Shown in pieces: positions 37,035 to 46,247 of a stretch of DNA of 64,000 nucleotides. Each line of letters begins with the position of its first letter. Position 1 is the stretch's first letter. The notes beneath the pieces are model-generated. The model worked only from the letters and a program-made list of their open reading frames with translations. It was not told the DNA's origin and searched no databases. Source of the stretch: Verrucomicrobiia bacterium (GTDB lineage Bacteria; Verrucomicrobiota; Verrucomicrobiia; Limisphaerales; JADLHS01); the NCBI GenBank assembly GCA_036274115.1, contig DASUGI010000100.1:41953-105952 (forward strand), written 5' to 3'. The translations under genes and the position numbers were made by a program.

Positions 37035-38078
37035 ATGAAGAATGTCATCAGTTTAAAAGATTTGGAGCAGATGGTCCGCAACGGGCAGAGCTTGAACAAC
37101 CTGCCTGCAGACGCGATTCTCACGCCGTCGGCGCGGGAGTTCTTACAAGACCGCGAGATGAGTTCCGCGCTGAGAAACGGCGCGTCGGAAGCAAGGACAG
37201 TTGCGGGGCCACCGGAAAGGCCGCTCTCGTCGAAAAGTTCGCGCGCCGAGTTGGAAGCGTTTTTCAATTCGGCTTACGCGCACAGTTTGAAGGAGCAGCT
37301 TTGTGATGTGGGCCGGCGGTTGTGGCAGCGCGCTTACGTGGATGGCAACGGAGGGAACATTGCGATTCGCGTTGGTGAAGACATTGCCATTTGCACGCCC
37401 ACGTTGGTGAGCAAGGGTTTCATGAAGCCCGAGGACATGTGCCTCGTGGACTTTGAGGGCAATCAACTCGCTGGCACGAAGAAGCGCACCAGTGAAATCC
37501 TCATGCATTTGCAGATCATGAAGAAGCAGCCGAAGGCGGTGGCGACGTGCCATTGTCATCCGCCATACAGCACGGGCTTTGCAGTGGCTGGGCTGGTGCC
37601 ACCGACGTGCATGATTCCGGAGTATGAGGTGTTCGCGAGCGTGGCGATTGCGCCGTATCGCACGCCGGGGACGCCGGAGATGGGCAAGCTCGTTTCCGAC
37701 CTGGTGGACAGGCACAACACGATTTTAATGGCGAACCACGGCGTCGTTTCGTGGAGTCACAACAGCGTTGAAGATGCCTACTTCAAGATGGAAATCCTGG
37801 AGGCGTATTGCCGCACCGTGCTCGTGACGGCGCAGCTCGGCGTCGCGCCAAAGACGATGTCGCCGAACCAACTTCAGGATTTGCTGAAGATCAAGCAAAG
37901 CCTTGGCATCCCCGATCCGCGCCACGGTTTGAAGGAATGCGAGCTTTGCGACAATGACGAGTGGCGTCCCGGGGTGACTTGCGCTGTGCCGGCAAGAGAG
38001 ACATCCGTGGGATATGATGCGGAAGCTGAAAAGGCGGTGCAGGCGATTACGGAACAGATCCTGGCACGAATGAAATGA
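37035..38078 (+). CDS. Class II aldolase/adducin-family protein (fuculose-/rhamnulose-phosphate aldolase-like) with N- and C-terminal extensions
   Basis: Core motifs GNGGNIAIR, SEILMHLQI, HCHPPY and MANHGVVSW. A ~75-aa N-terminal and a ~50-aa C-terminal extension flank the core. Ends with the amphipathic helix AEKAVQAITEQILARMK. Confidence 0.85.
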   Translation: MKNVISLKDLEQMVRNGQSLNNLPADAILTPSAREFLQDREMSSALRNGASEARTVAGPPERPLSSKSSRAELEAFFNSAYAHSLKEQLCDVGRRLWQRAYVDGNGGNIAIRVGEDIAICTPTLVSKGFMKPEDMCLVDFEGNQLAGTKKRTSEILMHLQIMKKQPKAVATCHCHPPYSTGFAVAGLVPPTCMIPEYEVFASVAIAPYRTPGTPEMGKLVSDLVDRHNTILMANHGVVSWSHNSVEDAYFKMEILEAYCRTVLVTAQLGVAPKTMSPNQLQDLLKIKQSLGIPDPRHGLKECELCDNDEWRPGVTCAVPARETSVGYDAEAEKAVQAITEQILARMK

Positions 38079-38214
38079 AAAATCCGAAGATCGAAATCCG
38101 AAATCCGGAGGAAGTCCGAAGCCCGAAATCCGTAGTTGGTTCTCGTGGGCTGGCGGTACATTCGGGCTTCGGAATTCGGGATTCTTTCGAATTTCGAAAT
38201 TCGGATTTCGAATT
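38079..38214. repeat. Long hairpin built from CCGAAAT / ATTTCGG heptamers
   Basis: AAAATCCGAAGATCGAAATCCGAAATCCGG...GCCCGAAATCCG faces CATTCGGGCTTCGGAATTCGGGATTCTTTCGAATTTCGAAATTCGGATTTCG. Confidence 0.7.
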
Positions 38215-38217
38215 TTA

Positions 38218-39498
38218 ATGAAATCCCTCGACCAAAAACTCGCGGAGATCAAAGCCAATCGCTCCTCGCGTGCATTCATCATCGCGGACGCGAAGGATGC
38301 GGACATGGCGTTTGGCGTGCGCGCGCCAGGACCTCGTGGCTATTTGGCGAAGCGTGGTTCCAGACCGGCGCAGTTTTCACCGGAGGTTTGGTCGCGTGGG
38401 GAGTATGGCTATCGCAATCTGCCGGAGTTTCTCGACATCATTCGCGAGGTCACGCACCAGGGGCTGGTGGACATCATGCTGATGTCCGCTTACGTGAACG
38501 AACAACTCACGATCAAAGAAGGTTTGTTCAAGAACTCGCGCGTCACGCCGGCGGCACGGGCAAATGACACGACCGACGTCTGGGCGGTGCGACACGGCTG
38601 TTACATGGGCGATGCGTCGCAGCCGTTTCGTAGCGCGAGCATTGATCATATTCAGTGCGGTGAAGTGGCGTGCGACCGTGATAGTAGTGGCAATTTCCCG
38701 GGAGCAAACCTCGGGCTCTACTCGATCACCTACGTCAACGATCTGGAGCAGGATCGTGAGGCGCTCTTGTGGTACAAGCAATTTCGTGAGGAAGCGGAGC
38801 AGAAGCAGTTTCGTCATTTCCTCGAAGTGTTCGACCCGAATGTGGACAGCGGAATTCCGCCGGAAAATTTGGGCGAGTTTATCAACGACAACATCGTTCG
38901 CACCCTCGCCGGCGTGCCGGAATCGGGTCGGCCGATTTTTCTGAAAATTGTCTATCATGGGCCGAAGGCGATGGAGGAGTTGGCGCAGTACGACCCGAAT
39001 CTGGTGGTGGGCATTCTCGGTGGCAGCGCGGGGACGACGTACGATGCGTTCAGGCTGATTCACGATGCGCAGAAGTACGGGGCGCGGGTGGCGTTGTTTG
39101 GTCGCAAGATCAATCATGCCGAGCATCAGTTGGCGTTTATCGAGATGCTGCGGTTGATTACTGACGGGAGGATCAATCCCGAGGAAGCGGTGCACGCCTA
39201 CCATGGCGTGTTGCAGGGGAAAGGCATTAAACCGCATCGCGCCCTGGAAGAGGACTTGAAGCTGACGGACCAGGCAATGAGTTACGATAGCAGTCAGTCG
39301 CGACGGGCGGCGGTGGAGGTGCGGAATAATCCGCTGGCGACAGTGCCGGCGGGTGCGCCGATCGTTAGCCGCGATCTCACGAGCGCAGCCACGGGTGATT
39401 GGCCGAAGCTGCCGGACGGCGCGCCGAATTTTGCAGGAATGACTTCAGATCAGCGGTTGGCGTACGACCAATGGCGATTCAAGCGCCGGTTTGGTTGA
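38218..39498 (+). CDS. Conserved-looking protein of unknown function; possibly a class-I-aldolase-like TIM barrel (unverified)
   Basis: 426 aa with alternating beta/alpha-like pattern. FLKIVY and [13 protein letters not shown] are reminiscent of LacD/DeoC-type aldolases. The ~100-aa C-terminal tail is low-complexity. This is hand recognition only. Confidence 0.4.
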   Translation: MKSLDQKLAEIKANRSSRAFIIADAKDADMAFGVRAPGPRGYLAKRGSRPAQFSPEVWSRGEYGYRNLPEFLDIIREVTHQGLVDIMLMSAYVNEQLTIKEGLFKNSRVTPAARANDTTDVWAVRHGCYMGDASQPFRSASIDHIQCGEVACDRDSSGNFPGANLGLYSITYVNDLEQDREALLWYKQFREEAEQKQFRHFLEVFDPNVDSGIPPENLGEFINDNIVRTLAGVPESGRPIFLKIVYHGPKAMEELAQYDPNLVVGILGGSAGTTYDAFRLIHDAQKYGARVALFGRKINHAEHQLAFIEMLRLITDGRINPEEAVHAYHGVLQGKGIKPHRALEEDLKLTDQAMSYDSSQSRRAAVEVRNNPLATVPAGAPIVSRDLTSAATGDWPKLPDGAPNFAGMTSDQRLAYDQWRFKRRFG

Positions 39499-39596
39499 GT
39501 TTTGCCCGGGATTTTTCCCAGGTTCAGCTTTCCCGCCTTGCCAAAGTTTTTTGTTCCTCGCAGACTGCGAGCAACTTCGAACAAAAAAGACATGGC

Positions 39597-40883
39597 ATGA
39601 GTAATGAGGCAAAGTTAGAACTGGACGGCAAAAGTTACGTGCTTCCGGTGGTGGTCGGAACGGAGGGGGAAAAGGCGGTGGACATTTCAGCGCTGCGGGC
39701 GCAATCCGGCTGCATCACCCTGGACGAAGGCTATGGCAACACCGGTTCTTGCCAGAGCAAGATCACTTTTATCGACGGCGAGAAGGGAATTCTGCGCTAT
39801 CGCGGAATCCCGATCGAGCAACTGGCAGAGAAATCCTCGTTTATCGAAACTGCTTTTCTGATCATTTACGGACACCTGCCTTCACAGGTGGAGTTGCGCC
39901 GCTTTTCTGATTTGCTGACGGCGAATCAGAATTTGCACGAGGATATGAAGTATCATTTCGAAGGATTCCCGTCAGGCTCGCATCCGATGGCCATTCTCTC
40001 GGCAATGATCAATGCGGCGAGTTGTTTCTATCCGGAATTGATGCAGGGCGGGAGCGGTGATTTCGACGTGCATGCGGCGCGATTGATTTCGCAGGTGCGG
40101 ACGATTGCGGCTTTTTCGTATCGCAAGACGGTGGGCCGCCCCATCATTTATCCCAAGGGCGCTTACAAATACACGGCGAACTTCCTGCACATGTTGTTTT
40201 CGGATCCGTATGACGATTATCCCGTCAAACCGGAAGTCGTGCGCGCGCTGGATTTGATTTTTTTGCTGCATGCGGATCATGAGCAGAATTGCTCCACTTC
40301 CACCGTGCGGATGGTGGCATCCAGCCGGGCGAATCTGTATGCGAGTTGCTCGGCGGGAGTCTGTGCCTTGTGGGGACCGTTGCATGGCGGCGCGAACCAG
40401 GCGGTGGTGGAAATGCTCGAGCAGATTCACAAGGAAGGTGATGATGGCTCGAAGTTCATCGACGCCGCCAAGGACAAAACGAGCGGCCGGAAGCTCATGG
40501 GCTTCGGCCACCGGGTTTACAAGAACTACGATCCGCGCGCCAAAATCATCAAGAAGGCGTGCGACGAAGTGCTGGGTTCGCTGGCAATCAACGATCCACT
40601 GTTGGCGATTGCCAAGAAACTGGAGGAAGCCGCATTGCGCGATTCCTATTTCGTGGAGCGCAAGCTGTATCCCAACGTGGACTTTTACAGCGGCATCATC
40701 ATGCGGGCCCTGGGCATTCCCGTGGAAATGTTCACGGTGATTTTTGCGATTGGCCGAATGCCCGGATGGATTGCCAATTACAAGGAGATTGCGGACGACA
40801 GCAAGAGTCGGATCTCCCGCCCGCGCCAGGTATATATGGGCCAACCGCTGAATGAGTATGTGCCGCTGGCAAAACGCAAGTAG
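39597..40883 (+). CDS. gltA: Citrate synthase
   Basis: [32 protein letters not shown] and [13 protein letters not shown]. Start ATG at 39597. Confidence 0.93.
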   Translation: MSNEAKLELDGKSYVLPVVVGTEGEKAVDISALRAQSGCITLDEGYGNTGSCQSKITFIDGEKGILRYRGIPIEQLAEKSSFIETAFLIIYGHLPSQVELRRFSDLLTANQNLHEDMKYHFEGFPSGSHPMAILSAMINAASCFYPELMQGGSGDFDVHAARLISQVRTIAAFSYRKTVGRPIIYPKGAYKYTANFLHMLFSDPYDDYPVKPEVVRALDLIFLLHADHEQNCSTSTVRMVASSRANLYASCSAGVCALWGPLHGGANQAVVEMLEQIHKEGDDGSKFIDAAKDKTSGRKLMGFGHRVYKNYDPRAKIIKKACDEVLGSLAINDPLLAIAKKLEEAALRDSYFVERKLYPNVDFYSGIIMRALGIPVEMFTVIFAIGRMPGWIANYKEIADDSKSRISRPRQVYMGQPLNEYVPLAKRK

Positions 40884-40900
40884 CCTCTCGTGGCGCTGCG

Positions 40901-41995
40901 ATGAAAAAAATTCTGGTCATCGACGATGAAGCGTGGTTGCGCGAGATGGTGCGAATGGCCCTGTCTCAGCGCGGTTATGAGATCGTCGAAGCGCCCAACG
41001 GCGCGGCCGGCGTGGAGGTGGCGCGCAAGCAATTGCCCGATCTGATCCTGTGCGACGTGAATATGGAGAAGATGGATGGCTACGCCACGCTTTCCTCGCT
41101 GCGCAATGATAACTCCACTTCGGCCATTCCGTTTATTTTGATGACCGGCCTTGCGGACAATGCAGGGATGCGGCATGGCATGGAACTCGGCGCGGACGAC
41201 TACCTTCCCAAGCCCTTTACGCTGGACGCGCTGTACGGGGCCGTTGAAGCGCGGTTAAGAAAGGCGCAAGCCCTCAAAGAGCAGGCCGAGGGAGCGCTGG
41301 AGGATTTGCGCGCGAACATCAGTATGATGTTGCCGCACGAGTTGCGCACGCCTTTGAATGGCATTCTCGCGTACGGAGAAATTCTGGCGTCAGACCCTTC
41401 GGGGTTGACGCCGGAGGAGATCGCCGACATGGGGCAGACGATTTGCCAGAGTGGCCGGGCTCTGGAGCGATTGATCGAGACGTTCCTGGTCTACTCCCAG
41501 TTGGAAATGGTGGTCGCGGACAAACAGAAGGTGATCGCCTTGCGCGGAAAGCATACCAAGTCGCCGGGGCCGTTGATTGAAACGGAAACGCGGCGCAAAG
41601 CGGAAGAAGTCAAGCGCGCGGCGGATTCGCGATTCCACCTTGCGGCGGTCACCGTACCGATGTCGGAAGAATACTTTGCGCGACTCGTTGGCGAGTTGAC
41701 GCACAATGCATTCAAGTTTTCGCCGCCGGGCACGCCGGTGACGGTTGAGCTGGCGGAAACGCCAGACGCGGTCACCTTTTCCGTAAGAGATCAGGGGCGC
41801 GGCTTTGATTCGGATCAGGTGGGTAAGGTGGGAGCGTTCATGCAATTTGACCGCAAGACGCATGAGCAGCAGGGGCTGGGTTTAGGACTCACGATCGCAC
41901 GGCGAATTGCCGAGTTGCACGGCGGTGTGCTGTCGCTTCAAAGCGAGAAAGGGGCGGGGACCACGGTCACGGTCAAATTGCCCAAAGTCGGCTAG
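40901..41995 (+). CDS. Hybrid response-regulator / histidine kinase (REC-HisKA-HATPase)
   Basis: KILVIDDE...LILCDVNMEKMDG; H-box MLPHELRTPLNGI; DQGRGF...GLGLGLTIARRIAELHGG. Confidence 0.88.
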   Translation: MKKILVIDDEAWLREMVRMALSQRGYEIVEAPNGAAGVEVARKQLPDLILCDVNMEKMDGYATLSSLRNDNSTSAIPFILMTGLADNAGMRHGMELGADDYLPKPFTLDALYGAVEARLRKAQALKEQAEGALEDLRANISMMLPHELRTPLNGILAYGEILASDPSGLTPEEIADMGQTICQSGRALERLIETFLVYSQLEMVVADKQKVIALRGKHTKSPGPLIETETRRKAEEVKRAADSRFHLAAVTVPMSEEYFARLVGELTHNAFKFSPPGTPVTVELAETPDAVTFSVRDQGRGFDSDQVGKVGAFMQFDRKTHEQQGLGLGLTIARRIAELHGGVLSLQSEKGAGTTVTVKLPKVG

Positions 41996-42010
41996 ATCAG
42001 TCCAACTGCT

Positions 42011-42931
42011 TCAGGACGACACTTGCCGATACAGGTCCACCAGGCCTGGAATTTCCACCGATCGCGGCAGTTCTTTTCCTCTTCTGTCGAAGCGTCGCGG
42101 GCTGCTGATTCCGTGCTCGAGGGCGTGAGCGAGGAGAAGGACCAGGGCGATGCCGATCATTGGAGAGAAGTCGAGCCGACTGATGCGGAGAGGAATCCAA
42201 CGGAGTGGCCGCAGGAGTTGTTGGCCGATTTCGTTCAGGTGTTGCCAGAACGGGTGGCGTCCAAAGAAAACGTAATTGCTCACGAAATAGAGCGCCAGCA
42301 ATCCTGTGATGAAGAACTTCCAGCAAAGATAGCTCCCGGCGCCAACCAAGGCGGATTGTGCCAGGCGTCGCCAGACCGTCACCGGGTCGGGCAAGACTCC
42401 TGTGGCGGTGAGTGGCCAACTGGCGAGCCACCATGCCGGTGTAATTACGAGCAGCGGCAACAGAAGCTTTAGCCACCACGGCCACGTTTCCAAACGACCC
42501 AAATGCGCGCGTAACAGTTGGCGAAAGGAATCTCCGTTGGTGTTTGCCGATTTGAGAATCGAGAGCAGCAGCAACCAGAGGTTAAACACAACCAACATCA
42601 CGGCGAAGCTGTAAAAGGAAAAAAGCAACATTCGTCCGAGCCCGGCGACCGAGCTGTCGCACCAGAACGGAAGGGCAATGACGCCGATGTCGATCCTGCC
42701 GGTCCAGCCGAGCGCGCCGCCGATTTGCCAATAGAACAAAGCGCGCAGCAGAAGGAGGAACGGGATGGAAAGCGGGAGCAGCCAACTCTTAAGAGTGGGC
42801 GCACTCGCGCGCCGCAAGGTGCCGGCCAGGGTGGCTGGCGTCGAACCCGCCAGCGGATCAAATCGGGCCGTGCGCCAATTGAACCACAGCAGCAGCGCCA
42901 CCAGGTTCAGGATGAAATCAACGATCCCCAT
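42011..42931 (-). CDS. Polytopic membrane protein (possibly YggT-like)
   Basis: 306 aa with about 7 hydrophobic helices. N-terminus IVDFILNLVALLLWFNW. The family assignment is tentative. Confidence 0.5.
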   Translation of the reverse strand: MGIVDFILNLVALLLWFNWRTARFDPLAGSTPATLAGTLRRASAPTLKSWLLPLSIPFLLLLRALFYWQIGGALGWTGRIDIGVIALPFWCDSSVAGLGRMLLFSFYSFAVMLVVFNLWLLLLSILKSANTNGDSFRQLLRAHLGRLETWPWWLKLLLPLLVITPAWWLASWPLTATGVLPDPVTVWRRLAQSALVGAGSYLCWKFFITGLLALYFVSNYVFFGRHPFWQHLNEIGQQLLRPLRWIPLRISRLDFSPMIGIALVLLLAHALEHGISSPRRFDRRGKELPRSVEIPGLVDLYRQVSS

Positions 42932-42999
42932 GCGAATGACGAATTGCGAACGGCGAATAACCAGGATTCGTCATAGGAATTCGTCATTCGGATTTCACC

Positions 43000-43899
43000 T
43001 CACATCATCTTCAACAGCGTGTCCGCCATCTCGCTGGGCGTGATAGCGACGCCGATGCCTGCGGCTTTGAACGCTGCAATCTTGGCTTCGGCGGTACCTT
43101 TGCCGCCGCTGACAATGGCGCCGGCGTGGCCCATGCGACGTCCGGGTGGGGCCGTCGTTCCCGCAATGAATCCCGCGACGGGCTTCTTGCAATTCTTCGC
43201 GATCCACTCGGCGGCTTCTTCCTCGGCGCTACCGCCGATTTCGCCAATCATGATGATACCAGTGGTCTCGGGATCATCATTGAAGAGTTTGATGACGTCG
43301 AGGTGTGACGTGCCGTTGACCGGATCGCCGCCGATGCCCACACAAGTGGATTGGCCCACGCCGCGCGAGGTGAGCTGCCAAACGGCTTCATAGGTCAACG
43401 TGCCACTGCGGGACACGACTCCGATGTTGCCTTTCTTGTGAATGTAACCGGGCGAAATACCGATGCGGCAGCCGCCCGTTGAATCCTTGCCTTCACTGGG
43501 CGTTACGATGCCCGGACAGTTCGGGCCGATGAGTCGGGTCTTGCTGCCTTGCATGGCGCGTTTCACCTTCACCATGTCATTGACCGGAATGCCTTCGGTG
43601 ATGGCAACGACGAGGTCGAGTCCCGCGTCAACGCCTTCAAGGATGGCGTCAGCGGCAAAGGGCGGGGGAACAAACACAGCACTGGCGGTTGCCCCGCTTT
43701 GCTTCACGGCATCAGCTACGGTATCAAAGATGGGAACCTTCTTTCCGGCGTGCTCGAAGAATTGTCCGCCTTTCCCCGGCGTGACTCCGGCGACGATTTG
43801 CGAGCCGTAATCGATGGAGAGTTGGGCATGTCGCGCGCCGAAGCTGCCAGTGATGCCTTGAACAAGAACTTTGGTGTTGGGTTTGACGAGAATGGACAT
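43000..43899 (-). CDS. sucD: Succinyl-CoA synthetase alpha subunit
   Basis: [20 protein letters not shown], and [14 protein letters not shown] with the phosphohistidine loop. Confidence 0.94.
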   Translation of the reverse strand: MSILVKPNTKVLVQGITGSFGARHAQLSIDYGSQIVAGVTPGKGGQFFEHAGKKVPIFDTVADAVKQSGATASAVFVPPPFAADAILEGVDAGLDLVVAITEGIPVNDMVKVKRAMQGSKTRLIGPNCPGIVTPSEGKDSTGGCRIGISPGYIHKKGNIGVVSRSGTLTYEAVWQLTSRGVGQSTCVGIGGDPVNGTSHLDVIKLFNDDPETTGIIMIGEIGGSAEEEAAEWIAKNCKKPVAGFIAGTTAPPGRRMGHAGAIVSGGKGTAEAKIAAFKAAGIGVAITPSEMADTLLKMM

Positions 43900-43975
43900 G
43901 AAGGGTTTTCCGATTTCAGATTTGCGGTTGCGGATTCTAAATCAAAACAATTCTTTTTGCTGGTCGTTTTTCTCT

Positions 43976-44194
43976 TTAATCGCCAGGAGTTGAGCCGCTG
44001 CCGCATTCCAAGGCCCGGACCAGTGCCAACGCGCGGTCATTTGCCAGCAGCCGTTCCCAGGGACTTCGCCGCAGATTCTCCTCAATCAGCGACATGTCAA
44101 TACCCGCCGCATGGGCGGCACGCCAAGCCGGGCCGGCGTCGGGCGGCATTACATACTCGCCGTTGATTTGTGCCAATGTCGCTGCGTCAATCAT
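43976..44194 (-). CDS. Small hypothetical protein (72 aa)
   Basis: ORF lying between the VOC gene and sucD on the same strand. No family recognised. Confidence 0.35.
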   Translation of the reverse strand: MIDAATLAQINGEYVMPPDAGPAWRAAHAAGIDMSLIEENLRRSPWERLLANDRALALVRALECGSGSTPGD

Positions 44195-44228
44195 TGAGTC
44201 AATTTAGATAACCGGATCGAGTTTTCAA

Positions 44229-44609
44229 TCAGTGATGTCCTGCGTTGCGCTTGTGAATGCAAATCGTATTGCCATCCGGATCGGAAATCATTGCCATGCG
44301 GCACACCGGCGTGGGGAAAGGTTCCATTTTAAACTTCACACCGTTTGATTTGAGATGAGCAATCGCGCCGTCAAAATCTTCGACTTCGAGACCAACGGAG
44401 CAGCCGTCGCTGCGGGGGAGCCAATCCGGTGCGCCGGCGCCAAGGGATAGCGTTCCATTGGCGATGTCATATTCGGTCCACTGCATGCCGCCGGGTTCGC
44501 CGACGGTCATGGTGGGCTTCAAGCCAAGCACGCCTTCGTAGAACTTTCGGGCGCGCGCCATGTCGATGACCGGGTAACAACTGAATGCGATTTCGTTGAT
44601 CTTTAGCAT
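44229..44609 (-). CDS. VOC/glyoxalase-family protein
   Basis: 126 aa. FSCYPVIDMARARKFYEGVLGL and ...DPDGNTICI are typical of the glyoxalase/bleomycin-resistance fold. Confidence 0.8.
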   Translation of the reverse strand: MLKINEIAFSCYPVIDMARARKFYEGVLGLKPTMTVGEPGGMQWTEYDIANGTLSLGAGAPDWLPRSDGCSVGLEVEDFDGAIAHLKSNGVKFKMEPFPTPVCRMAMISDPDGNTICIHKRNAGHH

Positions 44610-44941
44610 GATGACACCTGTTTGTTGTTAAACATGCCGAACTTTGTTTCGAGCGATCCCCAGCCGGGCACACGCTTCAACAGTTTGCCGGCGGATTGCT
44701 GAAGGCGCTGCGGCAACTTCTTGCGCTCGCGTGATCGTTTTGTCATTTCTCTCGCCACCTGCTCTCGCAATGCGGCGCATTCGCGTTTCGTTTCTTCGTG
44801 TTCGCGCGAGAGTTCAATCATCTGCTTCTGCAATTCAATCAGACGGCGATAGGATTCCAGGCTGCTGGCCTTCGGTTTTGCCCGCAATGAATCTCCCTCG
44901 TCCGGTGGCTTCACGTCCAGGTTGCTTAAAACTTCGTTCAC
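44603..44941 (-). CDS. Small coiled-coil hypothetical protein (113 aa)
   Basis: Its GTG overlaps the sucC stop (AAGTGAAC) and its stop overlaps the VOC start. Heptad-like segment [33 protein letters not shown]. It may be non-coding. Confidence 0.35.
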   Translation of the reverse strand: MNEVLSNLDVKPPDEGDSLRAKPKASSLESYRRLIELQKQMIELSREHEETKRECAALREQVAREMTKRSRERKKLPQRLQQSAGKLLKRVPGWGSLETKFGMFNNKQVSSC

Positions 44942-46143
44942 TTCCCGACTGCCTGAACCACTTTCTGTGCGGCGTCGGCCATGGAATCGCCGGTAATGAG
45001 AGTCAGACCCGATTCCGCCAAAGTCTTCTTCCCGGCCACAACGTTGTTGCCTTCGAGTCGAACCACCAGCGGCAGCTTCAGGCCGGTTTCTTTCACCGCG
45101 GCAACAATGCCAGTGGCGATGACGTTGCAATCCATGATGCCACCAAAAATGTTGACCAATATTCCTTTCACGTTCGGATCCTGGAGGATGATCTTAAACG
45201 CTGCCGTGACTTGTTCCTTGCTCGCACCGCCACCGACGTCGAGGAAGTTGGCCGGGCTGCCGCCGTAGTGCTGAATGATATCCATCGTCGCCATCGCCAG
45301 ACCCGCTCCGTTGACGAGGCAGGCGATGCTGCCATCGAGCTTGATGTAGTTGAGCGAGAATTTGCTGGCCTCAATCTCGAGCGGCGCTTCTTCACCGAGG
45401 TCACGCATCTCCATGATGTTTTTGTGGCGATAGAGCGCGTTATCATCGAGACCGATCTTGGCATCCACCGCACAGAGCGATTCCTTGCCATTGGCGCCGA
45501 CGACGATGCAGAGGGGATTGATTTCAACCATGCTGGCGTCGCATTCCCACCAGGTCTTGTAAACACCCAGGAGCAGCTTTACCGCGCTGTTAAACGCGTC
45601 ACCTTTCAGGCCGAGTGCAGAAGCAATTTTACGCGCCTGATACGGCATGATGCCGACGGCGGGATCAATGTGCTCCTTGATGATTTTCTCGGGATGTTTC
45701 TCGGCGACTTCCTCGATGTCCATGCCGCCTTCGGTGCTGGCCATGATGAGCGGACGGGAATTGGTGCGGTCCAAAAGCACGGCGAGGTAAAATTCCTTTT
45801 TGATCTCCTCGGCGGCGGCCACCAGGAGCTTTTGCACGAGCCGACCGTCCGGCCCGGTCTGTTTGGTGACGAGCACCTGACCGAGCATGGCTTTGGCTTT
45901 CTCGTAAACGTCCTCAACGGTCTTGCACAATTTCACTCCGCCTTGAAAGCCGCTCTTGAAAGTTCCTTTGCCGCGCCCGCCGGCGTGAATCTGCGATTTC
46001 ACCACGACCACCTTGTTGCCGGCGGAGAAAAGTTTTTCGGCGATTGCCTTTGCTTGTTCTGGAGTGGAGCAGACGTCCCCGGGAGGAACCGTGACGCCGT
46101 ATTGCGCGAGAAGTTGTTTGGCTTGGTACTCGTGAATGTTCAT
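44938..46143 (-). CDS. sucC: Succinyl-CoA synthetase beta subunit
   Basis: [15 protein letters not shown]-grasp motifs and GGIMDCN...A.GI. Confidence 0.94.
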   Translation of the reverse strand: MNIHEYQAKQLLAQYGVTVPPGDVCSTPEQAKAIAEKLFSAGNKVVVVKSQIHAGGRGKGTFKSGFQGGVKLCKTVEDVYEKAKAMLGQVLVTKQTGPDGRLVQKLLVAAAEEIKKEFYLAVLLDRTNSRPLIMASTEGGMDIEEVAEKHPEKIIKEHIDPAVGIMPYQARKIASALGLKGDAFNSAVKLLLGVYKTWWECDASMVEINPLCIVVGANGKESLCAVDAKIGLDDNALYRHKNIMEMRDLGEEAPLEIEASKFSLNYIKLDGSIACLVNGAGLAMATMDIIQHYGGSPANFLDVGGGASKEQVTAAFKIILQDPNVKGILVNIFGGIMDCNVIATGIVAAVKETGLKLPLVVRLEGNNVVAGKKTLAESGLTLITGDSMADAAQKVVQAVGK

Positions 46144-46247
46144 GTCGAAAAGCGGGAGGTATTGAACGAAGCTTCCGTGGCGAAATCAATCTTTTACCGG
46201 GCGAGAAAACTTGCCCGGGTGCGCCGAGCCCGGCAAATTCGCAGCTC

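Noticed and set aside
35651-38214. CRISPR array hypothesis for the CCGAAAT repeat blocks (and for the ATGGCAA blocks at 47844-48697)
   Set aside because: The units are 7 nt and directly abutting or arranged as inverted arms. There are no 25-40-nt unique spacers and no cas genes in the window.
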